Shown in pieces: positions 19,999-29,599 of a stretch of DNA of 64,000 nt. Under the pieces are notes generated by a model. The model had not been told where the DNA came from. It did not search any database and saw nothing but the letters and a program-made list of their open reading frames with translations. The stretch is from Candidatus Aenigmatarchaeota archaeon. Lineage in GTDB: Archaea; Aenigmatarchaeota; Aenigmatarchaeia; QMZP01; QMZT01. A program made the translations under genes and the position numbers. The DNA is taken from positions 2,509 to 66,508 of the forward strand of contig JBGPQP010000005.1 in assembly GCA_041489155.1 (NCBI GenBank), read 5' to 3'. The first letter of the stretch is position 1. Every line of letters starts with the position of its first letter.

Positions 19999-21873
19999 AT
20001 GTATTCCCGCAGGAAGGGACAGGTGGAATTCATAGTCGTCGCTGCCCTGATTGTCATCGGCATAGCCGTCGTCATTCTCGCCTCAAGGCAGGCCATTATC
20101 ACCCCTCCTGTTGTGACAGGTGTAACCGAGGAAGCCAAGACCGTGAGGGATTCTGTAAGCAATCTGATAAGGGCGGGCGTGAAAGAAAACCTGCAGATAT
20201 TGTATAACCAGGGAGGCCTGCTTGATGTCGGGCCTTCGATAAGGTTCGGCATGTTTGAGACGTCTATCTGGTCTTTCTGCGGCGAAACAGACATACCTGA
20301 TGTTTCCAGCGAACTTAACAACGGCCTTCTCGCCTATCTCAACCAGAACCTTCAGGACAATCTCGACAGCAACGATGAGATGGAATTCTCTGGCGTAAAG
20401 GCCAAGTTCGATTTCAGCGAAGTGAGCTCCAAAGTTGAGATAATAAAGGACAGAATCGTGGTCAGGGTCAACCTTCCGACGGAAATTGGCACATACCAGG
20501 TTCAGCAGCCATACGAGGTTTCGGTGAACTCGAAACTCTATGATATCCTGGATTTCTCAAATAATTTCGTAAGCGAAGTGGGCAAGGACAAGTATTTCGA
20601 ACTCTGCACGATACAAAACATGCAGCATTCAGATGCGCCGATGATGGGCGTGATTTCCGACTGCGGCAAAATCGTGCACATGACAAGGGCGCAGACCCTG
20701 CCCGTCGCTAAGGGTGTCGCGAATTATGTCATTTCTCACACCGTGTGGAACAAGCAGCCTGTGTATATGGAAAGAAATCCGCCCTGTCCGCCGATCAACA
20801 GCGTTGGCGACAAGATATATCCCGGCCTGGAGGTCGCCTTTGCCTACCCGCCGTCATGGGATTCCGAGATGGACAGGTACTTCAACATGTATCCTGACCC
20901 GGCGATATTCGTCCCGCAGCCCATAGGCTCGCTCATACCCGTCTGCATGACTCCTTACAGCATTTTCTACTCCTTCCGCTATCCTGTCATTGTTATGGTC
21001 GAGGACTCGACGCTCGACCAGTGGTTCAAGCTTGCCATGATGATCGAGATAGAGAACAACGAGCCGGGCTCATGCTTCGGCTATCTGCAGGAGGAATCAG
21101 AGTACAACAACAGATGCAAAGAAGATGTAACCTGCGATGCCACCATAAGGGTAAAGGATTCCGAAGGTAAACCTGTGGAAGGCGTCGATGTGTTGTTTTC
21201 AATATGCAACATAGGCACTACAGACAGCGAAGGAAAAGTCGAGAGCAAAATACCCTGCATAATCAGCAACCTGAGGGTATACAAGGAAGGCTACAGGAGC
21301 TACGGGGAAAGCATGCTGTCCTTCGGAGACATGGTAGACAAGAACATAACGCTGCAGAAAACCGCAGGCTCGGTGACAATCCATCTGAAGGGCCTCAGGA
21401 CCATGGCCTATGGCAGCGAGGGCGGAGGCAAATTCAGCAGTTACCAAGTCACTGAAAGCGCGAAGGATATCAGCGAGCTTAACGACAAGCTTCTGGTGCT
21501 CGTCTCTTTCACGCCGGCGCAGCCTGACCAGATGTCAAACATGGATCTCGAAATATACGCTACAAACCTCGAGGAAGAAACATACACTGATACGATAGCT
21601 TCCGAAGGCCTCCAGCCCATAAAATACAATGTCAGCGTGAGCGCCGAGGACTTCAGCAATGAAACCTCGACTTCGGTTGTAAGCCTGCTGAGCACCTCAT
21701 TCGAGCTGAAGGAAGGGGAGAAGGACATTTATATTTATCTGCCGGTCGTGCTCAAGACGGAGACGGGTGATATAGAAGCTCCTGGCATAGACGTCTCGGA
21801 AACAGGCCAGCTGACTGATGTTGCTGTAAGCCGCTGCGGCTCGGCGGTAAGCGCTACAGAAAGGTCGTGTTGA
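19999..21873 (+). CDS. Large type IV pilin-like protein with class III signal peptide (gene B')
   Basis: 'RRKG/QVEFIVVAALIVIGIAVVIL'; shares 'SWDSEMD', 'RYP', 'KIPC', 'APGID' with gene B. Confidence 0.75.
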   Translation: MYSRRKGQVEFIVVAALIVIGIAVVILASRQAIITPPVVTGVTEEAKTVRDSVSNLIRAGVKENLQILYNQGGLLDVGPSIRFGMFETSIWSFCGETDIPDVSSELNNGLLAYLNQNLQDNLDSNDEMEFSGVKAKFDFSEVSSKVEIIKDRIVVRVNLPTEIGTYQVQQPYEVSVNSKLYDILDFSNNFVSEVGKDKYFELCTIQNMQHSDAPMMGVISDCGKIVHMTRAQTLPVAKGVANYVISHTVWNKQPVYMERNPPCPPINSVGDKIYPGLEVAFAYPPSWDSEMDRYFNMYPDPAIFVPQPIGSLIPVCMTPYSIFYSFRYPVIVMVEDSTLDQWFKLAMMIEIENNEPGSCFGYLQEESEYNNRCKEDVTCDATIRVKDSEGKPVEGVDVLFSICNIGTTDSEGKVESKIPCIISNLRVYKEGYRSYGESMLSFGDMVDKNITLQKTAGSVTIHLKGLRTMAYGSEGGGKFSSYQVTESAKDISELNDKLLVLVSFTPAQPDQMSNMDLEIYATNLEEETYTDTIASEGLQPIKYNVSVSAEDFSNETSTSVVSLLSTSFELKEGEKDIYIYLPVVLKTETGDIEAPGIDVSETGQLTDVAVSRCGSAVSATERSC

Positions 21874-21875
21874 AT

Positions 21876-24800
21876 ATGAGAATAAAGAATTGGCAGTTAT
21901 TGGCGCTCCAGATTATAGCTGTATTTTGTTCTTATCTTATATGGAGTACCACGGGCGCCACAGCGCTCGAGATAAGGATATTCACTTCCGGCGGGCAGCA
22001 GTCGACGACGACCATACCGAAGTTCTCCGACATGATACAGAAGGAGCTGTCCTACCCGTACCAGCAGAACTACCAGTATTTGGAGATGAAGCTCTCGAGC
22101 AAGAGTGCCTCTTATGTCATAAAGAAGATTTATCTCTTCAGATGCAAGGACCTGGACCCGGTCAGCTGCATAGAGAAAGGAGTTAATCCTGTCATATCTG
22201 TCAATCCGGGCAGCTCGAGTCTGGTTTTCGACGAGACCTACAAATGGGACGACGTCAGCTCGAACAACGTGGGCAACTTCCTGGCCATGGTGAAGCTCGA
22301 CATCGCAGGCAAGGAAGTATGGACGAGCAGCTGGGACAAGGTAACGAAGACAGGCATAAGGAATTTCTACAATGAAAACAACGACGTCGACAGGCTTGAC
22401 CTTTATATCAAGGGTGCTTCAGCGGATGTCGCGACGAGCTATATTGAGAACTATTATGCCATTCCCTCCGACCAGATGAGCCGCTCCATTTTCGAGAGCG
22501 TCGGAGGCTCGGGCGTGACGAAGCTTTACGATCTTTCCGGCAACAAAGACAGGCTTGACCCATCCGGCACGGGGATCCCTTCCCTGAAATTCAGCAGTAT
22601 GTCCGGCAATATTTTCAACAAGAGCACGGACACGTGGGACTTCATAATCGCTGCTGATGGCAAGGCCGGCAACCCTGTCGTTTTCTACTCGACTGAGGCC
22701 GGTCCTCCTATCACGGGCGGCGCTAAGCTTGTCATTGATGACTGGTCGCCGCAGATAGTCACGTGCTACAGCGGCGAGGTAATCAAAGCGACCATGCATG
22801 CGGAGAACGCCAGTAGCATCGGCTACTTCCAGTCTTATTATTACACTATTGATGGCGTGAAGGCTAACGAGGGCACGATGACCTGTTCGCTCGTGAGCCC
22901 GAATGCCAGCATCTATTCCTATCAGTGCTCGATCCCCGTCGAAACCTTCCCGGCGTGCACTGCCCCGGGCACATCGACGATAAAGGTATTTTTCAATTAC
23001 CAGGGAGGCGTCCAGCTCTCCGGCAGTTTTCCCGTCACGCTTAAAGCGCCGAGTCCATCGATAAGCGTGACTTCTCTTTCCCCAACGCCATTCGACTGCG
23101 GCATAGACAACGAGATAACGGCGAAACTGCAGGTTTCAAACCCCGGAGAAGGCGCACCAGAGATGGAGTACACTTTTGACGGAGAAAATTTCAACACCCT
23201 GACCTGCACGGGCTCCGGCGGCAGCTACACCTGCACCGTTCCCGAGAGCAGGATATGCGAGCTTGTCCAGGAGAGCCTTTCGCTCGTGTTCAAATTCACT
23301 TACGGCGAAACGGAGGTGCTTTCCCTGCCTTCCACGATACTTGTCACCTTCCCGCCTCCCAGTGTGGGCATTGACACGGTAACGCCGCAGGCGATCGACG
23401 CGGACAAGACCACTGCCGTGAGCGTCCTGCTGCACGTGAATTACCCTGACTTCATCACGTACAACGAAAACAATTTCAACTACAAATATCTTGACAAGCC
23501 TTTCGCGCCCGCCACGTGCACGCTCGAGACTTCCTATTCCAACATAAAGTATTACCGCTGCAATGTCGCTCTTGCAATTCCCAGCGGCAGACAGGGTGTC
23601 GAAACTCTTGCGTTCAGGCTGGACGGCTTCGCTGAAGGCAAGCCCAAGCAATTGACAGCCAATGCCTTCTACGAAATCATGCAGCCCCCGCCCGAGCCGA
23701 GGTTCACGATAATCTCCACGTCCTCGCCGGTCGACTGCACTGCCGACAATTTCCTGACGGTAAATATCAAGGCAGAGAACGTCGACATGACTACGCTGCA
23801 CGAAAAGGTGGAGTACACCACGAACAGTTCCGGCTATTACTATGCGCCGTGCACCGCCAGCGCAAATATCATGACATGCTCGTTGCCTGCAAAGGACTTG
23901 TGCGACCAGATGCAAAACGTTCTTGGGATACAGTTCAGGCATATGGTCGTAACCGCAGACAAGAACAAGACCTATTACAGCAATTCCCAGAAGGTATATT
24001 TCAATTTGCCAGAGCCGCACATGCAGGTTTACGCGGTGAGTCCGGATTCGTTGCCGGCGGGGGCGAAGACCGCTGCGACGGTCAGCCTTTACCTGCAGTA
24101 TCCTAACATGGTCGGTAGCAGCCCGGCATTCCTGTACACTTATTTAGGCAAAATCAACCAGAAGATGACGTGCACGAAAGTCTCCTCGACCGCCAACCGC
24201 GACTTCTACGACTGCGCGAACACGAACTTCGAGATTCCTGCCGACTACTCGGAAAGCGATGTGCCGGTTGTCTTCTCGGTGCAGGGCACGACCATCTCCT
24301 TCCCGTTCACTATACCCGTGGTAGCGCTGAGCAAGATAAATCCCTGGCTAGAAATCGTTGCCTCGACCCCGTCCCGCATAGAAGTCGTCCAGGGCAACGA
24401 GACTTCAGCTTCATTCTACGTGACGATACACAATGCCGCCGAAAGCGAGCTTAAGCATCAGGCAACAGTCATAACGAACAGCATGATAGCCAGCGGCACC
24501 TGCAAGGAGGCGGACGTGGTGTATGACTTCAACTGCGATGTCAAGATAAAGGCATCCAAGACGACGAATGTCGGCGCTAATACAGCCAACCTCACCCTGA
24601 GGGTGGAGGGCAAGAAGACATATGATGTGACGAACTCGACCACTGTTTACGTCCTCGGCGAGCAGGCGAGAGTCGACATACAAAGCGCCTCGCCGGAGAC
24701 GCTTTACTGCGAGGGCAACAAGCAGCAGAACCCGGACGCCGTCAAGATCACAGCCAACGCGAAGAACGTCGCGAGTTTCACGGTCCTTGAGGAGCAGATA

Positions 24801-27800
24801 AGCTTCAATGAGCTGACCATAGACCACACCGCCAAATACTGCTCCCAGCAGGCGCAGACCATCACCTGCAATATTCCGACAGACAAGCTCTTTGAAAAGG
24901 TGACCTGCGGCCAAGACGAGCTTGCGCCTGGCCAGGGTTCGAAGTATTATCCGCTTACCCTGACATTCCTTGTCAGGGCGGGCAACGAGCAGCTGACGAT
25001 TTCAGGCACGAAGGACATATCCGTCTCAGCGAGACCGCTGGAGCCCTACCTGGACATTGTTGACAACGACATCTCAGGTGGAACGCTTCAGAACCCGATA
25101 AACTGCCTCGGTTCCAAGTCGATAAAGCTCGGCGACAGCGGCTACGTCAGGATAATGTACGCCGACCTGCTGCACCCCGAGCCCAAGGAAGACGACCTCG
25201 TGTGGTCCTACAAGCTTGAGGCTCAGGACGACAAGGGCAAACTGACCCAGGGCACGGGCGTGTCGCCTGAAGCGAACGCGACAGTTTGCAAATTCATTAC
25301 CTATCAAAAAGTCGGGACCCATCGCATAGAAGACTATGAATGCTCCCTTTACGTGACCAGCAAGATGTTCCAGAGATGCGAGATGGGCGAAGGCACGATA
25401 AAGCTTTACGCTTCTTCCGGCACGGGTAAGAAGGCCGAGGGAGTCTTCGATATCTATGTTATAAGGGACGAGAGCCCGTACCAGATAGAGATGGAAATCC
25501 TTGGCACGCCGCCGAAGGACATAAACTGCCAGATACAGACAGACGACGGGCAGTGCACTCTCGCTTCCTATTCGCAGCTCAACGTCAGCCTGAGGATTTA
25601 CAACAGGAATGCTGACGTCGGCATCCCGGACCTGCAGGTTTACGATTTCGACGCCAACCTCACAGGCAAAACCGTCAACGCCAACCTGAGGTCGCTGGGC
25701 AACTGCCAGAAGACTTCGCAGGAGGCCAACAAGTATATCTGCCCCTTCGAGATAGGCCCGACCATAAAGCTGCCGGACACGCCGGAATACAAGATAAACA
25801 AGGAGAACCCCGACACGCAGGAGTTCCCACCCATTTCCCTCGGCGCAGTGCAGGTCGCCGTTTACATAAAATACCTTGACAACAAGGTGCAGAAGACGCT
25901 GACCGCGAACGACGGCACCATAACCATCCACCCGAAGCTGCTCGACAGCTACATCGACTACCTGAAGAGGCTGAAGGAGGCGCAGGACGCCTACAACAAG
26001 ACGAAGGCTATCATGGTCACTGCGATAAGGTTCCTTTCCCTGTGCGCGACCTGCGTGATGGTCAACAAGTTCATGAAGGAGATATTTGGCGATGCTCCGA
26101 GCATATGCAACAGCGACAATGACTGCACGAAAAACGACCCGAATGCCAAGTGCGTGGGCAACCAGTGCATGGGGACCACAGGAGGTCAAAACAGCACTCA
26201 GAACCAAAATTCTGCATCTGCGTTGAAGACACAATGCGAAAATTGCATAAATGGCGGCGGATGCTGGTGCAAAAATGACAACAAATGCGGCAACACTGTC
26301 GGTTCTAACTGCGTGCAGCAAAGCCCGGCGCCATTTCTTATTTGCACTGCTATGTCTTGCGGTTCATATTATACGGCCGCTAATTCCCCGTCCGACTACC
26401 AGCCCGAGACCAGCGGAGCGAAACTAGCTGGTTCAGCTGTCGCAGCCGATTTCGCCGGTGAGAGCGGAGACGAAGGATTGTATCAGCCTGAGACGAGTAC
26501 GCTAAACTTTGCATCATCAACCAGCCCCAAAGGAGATTGTGAGCGAACTGGACCCAACCCAGCTAATGGTTGTACAGTTTCATTAGAAGTGGTGATGAAT
26601 AAACCTTTCGCTGGCGATTATTTTGGTGTATATGCCCGAGCTAAATGCGACAAAATGGAAGAGGTTTCCGCACCTTTGATAAAAATAACCGATAAAAAAT
26701 CAGGCACAGTCATTGTTGATGCAACTCCAAGTTCTAAATGTAGAGGCCCATGGGGCAGTAAAGACTATGAGTGCATGGTTAAGGTCAACTACCCCAAGTC
26801 CGGTGAACAGACGTTGGAAGCACAACTTTATGCTTATGAAAAAGACCAATTGTTTGGCCTAGTTACCATGCAAGAAGAAATTTATAAATGCGAAGGCGTA
26901 AACACGAGACTTACATTTAATGTTTTCGAGTCGGTCGATTGCAACACGTATGCGCAGAAAGTTGCAAAATCAAATGTTAAGATCTATGGCTACTGCGCCT
27001 CGAATGACGATCAGTGCAACAATGTTTGTGCACAAAAAGGAAAAGAGGCTACTGCATCTTGGGCATGGCCACCAGACGGAAACAAATTAAAGGAATTTAC
27101 AGAACAAAATCTACCTTGTGGCGATCAAGCAGCATGTTGCGCCTGCAAGGACAAGGAGCCCGAAACCTTCGGCTCCTGCGCCGCTCCCTGCGGCAGCGAA
27201 AAATGCTATGACAGCACGAAGGACAAATGCCCGGAAGGCAAGGAGTTCAAGGATGACTGGTGCTCCGGAGGGGCGAACATCAAATGCTGCGTTCCAACGG
27301 GAACGCCTAACAAAAGCGGAGACGCTACGAACTCGCCGCCCCAGTGCAAGCCGCCGTGCAATAACGTCAATTCCGGCCAAGAATGCAGATGCGAAGGCTA
27401 CTGTTTGTGCACTGATAGCAAAGGCGTGAAAACTTACATAGCCAAGGGCGTGAAGTGCGACGAAAATGCAGCTCCGAATGCAGCTTTACCCGCAGTAACA
27501 GGAAACGCCCCCGGAAGTGCAGGAGCAGCCGCGCCTGCGGCGCTCGACCTGACCAGCATAAAGACCCAGTTTGACAATTTTGGAGATTACTTCAGCTCAG
27601 GCAACTGGTGGAAAGTTGTCATAGGTGCCCTGGGGATAGCACTGCTCATCCTGCTTGTCGCTACTAAACTATTCAAGTGGTTTGAGGAAAAGGAAGGAGA
27701 AAGCGAATACACCTCGGCGCTTAAATGGGGCATTAAATGGGGCATAGTATGCGGCGCGGCAGCGCCGCTCATCGAGGCAGTCTTCCCGAAGGAGCAGAAA

Positions 27801-28865
27801 GGCACGGCAGGCGACATAAGCAACGTGCTGCAGAAGATTCTCAACTTCCCTTACAAGGTGTGCAAGTTCCTGATGGACAACCTCAGCACCATAATGATGC
27901 TGGTCAACATCTACTTCCAGTACCAAATGTTCGAGTATTGCATGAAGAACCTCGAGGACAGGGTTAGGCAGACGTATAACTATGGGGCGGCGTCTACCAC
28001 CAGCGCAGCCGCCTCCCAAGCGTATAGCTCCGTCAACATGGCCAATGAGATGATGCAGTGCTTCAGCATGATGAAGGACATGACCTGCATGGCGATGGGA
28101 GCCTTCAACTCGCTTACCTTCTCGGGTCAGGGGATATTCAGCGACGGCGTTATGGAGGTAACACAGGATGGTTCAAGGAAGAAAACAGGCGACACCATTT
28201 ACAACGGGAAGCTGGAGGTAAGGGTTTCCGGCTTCTGCGAGAAGGTCGGCAGAAACGGCAAATACCAAGTCAGCATAACGGCGGTAATGGAGGACGGGAC
28301 GACCAAGGTATGTAAACCTGCTGATTATAACTGCGGCTCGAGCGGCGTCTATACTCCGTATTACACGCAGTCATATTATCCGTCGTATTATTCGTCATAT
28401 GGTTCCAGCTATGGTTCCAGCAGCGGCTGCAGCCAATACATGAGCTATAACCCGAGCTCCGTCAACCAGAACATCCTTACCCTTTATATGCAGGACACCA
28501 ACGACTGGAACATCTGTGAAAGCGGAGGCACGATAAAGAAAGTGAGAATTGAGGGCCCGTGGGACCCGGTTGTGTTGAACTTCGCGAAGAAGGGAGGAAC
28601 GACGCCCACCACCAAAAAGAAATCCGGCGACACATGCGCAAATAATGTAGACTGTGAATCTGTCGTTTGTTGCTATACATCTTGGAATGACCTCACAATA
28701 ACCGGTAAAAAAGTTTGCGTCAATGATCCGGTTGCATGTATATGCAAATATCCTGCCACTTCGGGCATTGGGTTATGTAAAGGGGAAGATTATAAAAATG
28801 CTACTACGCCAACATGCGACGGAAAAGCGGAATGCCCGAACGAAAAGTATTATTGCTGCCGGTAG
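21876..28865 (+). CDS. Giant (about 2330 aa) Cys-rich surface protein with about 9 Ig-like repeats, Cys-rich inserts and a hydrophobic helical region (gene A')
   Basis: Signal peptide; recurrent 'SP..l.C' repeat starts; TM-like 'WWKVVIGALGIALLILLVATKLF'. Confidence 0.8.
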   Translation: MRIKNWQLLALQIIAVFCSYLIWSTTGATALEIRIFTSGGQQSTTTIPKFSDMIQKELSYPYQQNYQYLEMKLSSKSASYVIKKIYLFRCKDLDPVSCIEKGVNPVISVNPGSSSLVFDETYKWDDVSSNNVGNFLAMVKLDIAGKEVWTSSWDKVTKTGIRNFYNENNDVDRLDLYIKGASADVATSYIENYYAIPSDQMSRSIFESVGGSGVTKLYDLSGNKDRLDPSGTGIPSLKFSSMSGNIFNKSTDTWDFIIAADGKAGNPVVFYSTEAGPPITGGAKLVIDDWSPQIVTCYSGEVIKATMHAENASSIGYFQSYYYTIDGVKANEGTMTCSLVSPNASIYSYQCSIPVETFPACTAPGTSTIKVFFNYQGGVQLSGSFPVTLKAPSPSISVTSLSPTPFDCGIDNEITAKLQVSNPGEGAPEMEYTFDGENFNTLTCTGSGGSYTCTVPESRICELVQESLSLVFKFTYGETEVLSLPSTILVTFPPPSVGIDTVTPQAIDADKTTAVSVLLHVNYPDFITYNENNFNYKYLDKPFAPATCTLETSYSNIKYYRCNVALAIPSGRQGVETLAFRLDGFAEGKPKQLTANAFYEIMQPPPEPRFTIISTSSPVDCTADNFLTVNIKAENVDMTTLHEKVEYTTNSSGYYYAPCTASANIMTCSLPAKDLCDQMQNVLGIQFRHMVVTADKNKTYYSNSQKVYFNLPEPHMQVYAVSPDSLPAGAKTAATVSLYLQYPNMVGSSPAFLYTYLGKINQKMTCTKVSSTANRDFYDCANTNFEIPADYSESDVPVVFSVQGTTISFPFTIPVVALSKINPWLEIVASTPSRIEVVQGNETSASFYVTIHNAAESELKHQATVITNSMIASGTCKEADVVYDFNCDVKIKASKTTNVGANTANLTLRVEGKKTYDVTNSTTVYVLGEQARVDIQSASPETLYCEGNKQQNPDAVKITANAKNVASFTVLEEQISFNELTIDHTAKYCSQQAQTITCNIPTDKLFEKVTCGQDELAPGQGSKYYPLTLTFLVRAGNEQLTISGTKDISVSARPLEPYLDIVDNDISGGTLQNPINCLGSKSIKLGDSGYVRIMYADLLHPEPKEDDLVWSYKLEAQDDKGKLTQGTGVSPEANATVCKFITYQKVGTHRIEDYECSLYVTSKMFQRCEMGEGTIKLYASSGTGKKAEGVFDIYVIRDESPYQIEMEILGTPPKDINCQIQTDDGQCTLASYSQLNVSLRIYNRNADVGIPDLQVYDFDANLTGKTVNANLRSLGNCQKTSQEANKYICPFEIGPTIKLPDTPEYKINKENPDTQEFPPISLGAVQVAVYIKYLDNKVQKTLTANDGTITIHPKLLDSYIDYLKRLKEAQDAYNKTKAIMVTAIRFLSLCATCVMVNKFMKEIFGDAPSICNSDNDCTKNDPNAKCVGNQCMGTTGGQNSTQNQNSASALKTQCENCINGGGCWCKNDNKCGNTVGSNCVQQSPAPFLICTAMSCGSYYTAANSPSDYQPETSGAKLAGSAVAADFAGESGDEGLYQPETSTLNFASSTSPKGDCERTGPNPANGCTVSLEVVMNKPFAGDYFGVYARAKCDKMEEVSAPLIKITDKKSGTVIVDATPSSKCRGPWGSKDYECMVKVNYPKSGEQTLEAQLYAYEKDQLFGLVTMQEEIYKCEGVNTRLTFNVFESVDCNTYAQKVAKSNVKIYGYCASNDDQCNNVCAQKGKEATASWAWPPDGNKLKEFTEQNLPCGDQAACCACKDKEPETFGSCAAPCGSEKCYDSTKDKCPEGKEFKDDWCSGGANIKCCVPTGTPNKSGDATNSPPQCKPPCNNVNSGQECRCEGYCLCTDSKGVKTYIAKGVKCDENAAPNAALPAVTGNAPGSAGAAAPAALDLTSIKTQFDNFGDYFSSGNWWKVVIGALGIALLILLVATKLFKWFEEKEGESEYTSALKWGIKWGIVCGAAAPLIEAVFPKEQKGTAGDISNVLQKILNFPYKVCKFLMDNLSTIMMLVNIYFQYQMFEYCMKNLEDRVRQTYNYGAASTTSAAASQAYSSVNMANEMMQCFSMMKDMTCMAMGAFNSLTFSGQGIFSDGVMEVTQDGSRKKTGDTIYNGKLEVRVSGFCEKVGRNGKYQVSITAVMEDGTTKVCKPADYNCGSSGVYTPYYTQSYYPSYYSSYGSSYGSSSGCSQYMSYNPSSVNQNILTLYMQDTNDWNICESGGTIKKVRIEGPWDPVVLNFAKKGGTTPTTKKKSGDTCANNVDCESVVCCYTSWNDLTITGKKVCVNDPVACICKYPATSGIGLCKGEDYKNATTPTCDGKAECPNEKYYCCR

Positions 28866-28875
28866 ACTTTAGAAC

Positions 28876-29112
28876 TTATTTTATCATTCCCAGCTCTTTC
28901 AGTATCTCCAGCCATGCCCAGGCCCAGATTATCGTCTCGAAACTGCGAATAAGGTCGCCTTTCTTAGCGAAGTGCTTCGAGTCCTTGACATAGGCCTTTA
29001 TGTTCGCGACGAAGGACGCGTTCTTGCCGGTGATTTTTGTATCTGCCATTTCTTTCTCGATTTTCCTGGTCCACTTTTTTGTTTCTTTCTTCAGGCTGCC
29101 TGCGAGGCTCAT
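28876..29112 (-). CDS. DUF357 family protein
   Basis: 'AYVKDSKHF..KGD...FE...WAWAWLE' pattern. Confidence 0.75.
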   Translation of the reverse strand: MSLAGSLKKETKKWTRKIEKEMADTKITGKNASFVANIKAYVKDSKHFAKKGDLIRSFETIIWAWAWLEILKELGMIK

Positions 29113-29196
29113 AATTCTAATTGCCGGCAGTGATTAAATAAACCGCGCCGGCAATCGGCAAAATAAGAATAAAAAAGGCCTCGCTAATTATTATTT

Positions 29197-29547
29197 ATGT
29201 TTGAATTCCTTGGCGCGCTGGGCGGAGACCAGAACATACTGCTCTTTTTCGCGGTTTTCATAATTTTCACCATCCTTGCCTACAAGCTGGTCAAATTCGT
29301 TTTCAAGGTGCTGATGATAGGCCTGGTAGCTGCGATATTCCCGGTGGTCGGGAGCATGTTTTTCGGCCTGAACATCCCCATAAACCTGAGCAACATGATA
29401 TGGTTTGCTGTCACTGGTATGGGCCTGTTCATAGCGTATTCCGCCGTCAGGATGGGCTGGAAAGCGATAAAACTCGCGCTCTCGCCGCTCAAGCTGTTCA
29501 GGCGCAAGGGCGGCAAGAAGGAAGCGCCACCGCAGCCGCAGAAATGA
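29197..29547 (+). CDS. Small membrane protein (3 TM)
   Basis: Three hydrophobic helices and a basic tail. Confidence 0.7.
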   Translation: MFEFLGALGGDQNILLFFAVFIIFTILAYKLVKFVFKVLMIGLVAAIFPVVGSMFFGLNIPINLSNMIWFAVTGMGLFIAYSAVRMGWKAIKLALSPLKLFRRKGGKKEAPPQPQK

Positions 29548-29599
29548 CGGCAGAGCGCCAGAGACATCTGCTTTTTAAACAGACAGGCAAATAACAATT

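Noticed and set aside
25074-26321. 415-aa antisense ORF (also 23136-24020)
   Set aside because: Shadow of the GC3-rich giant gene; no motifs.
21876-28865. Diversity-generating retroelement target or classical polymorphic toxin
   Set aside because: No reverse transcriptase, no TR/VR repeat pair, and no recognisable toxin or immunity gene seen.
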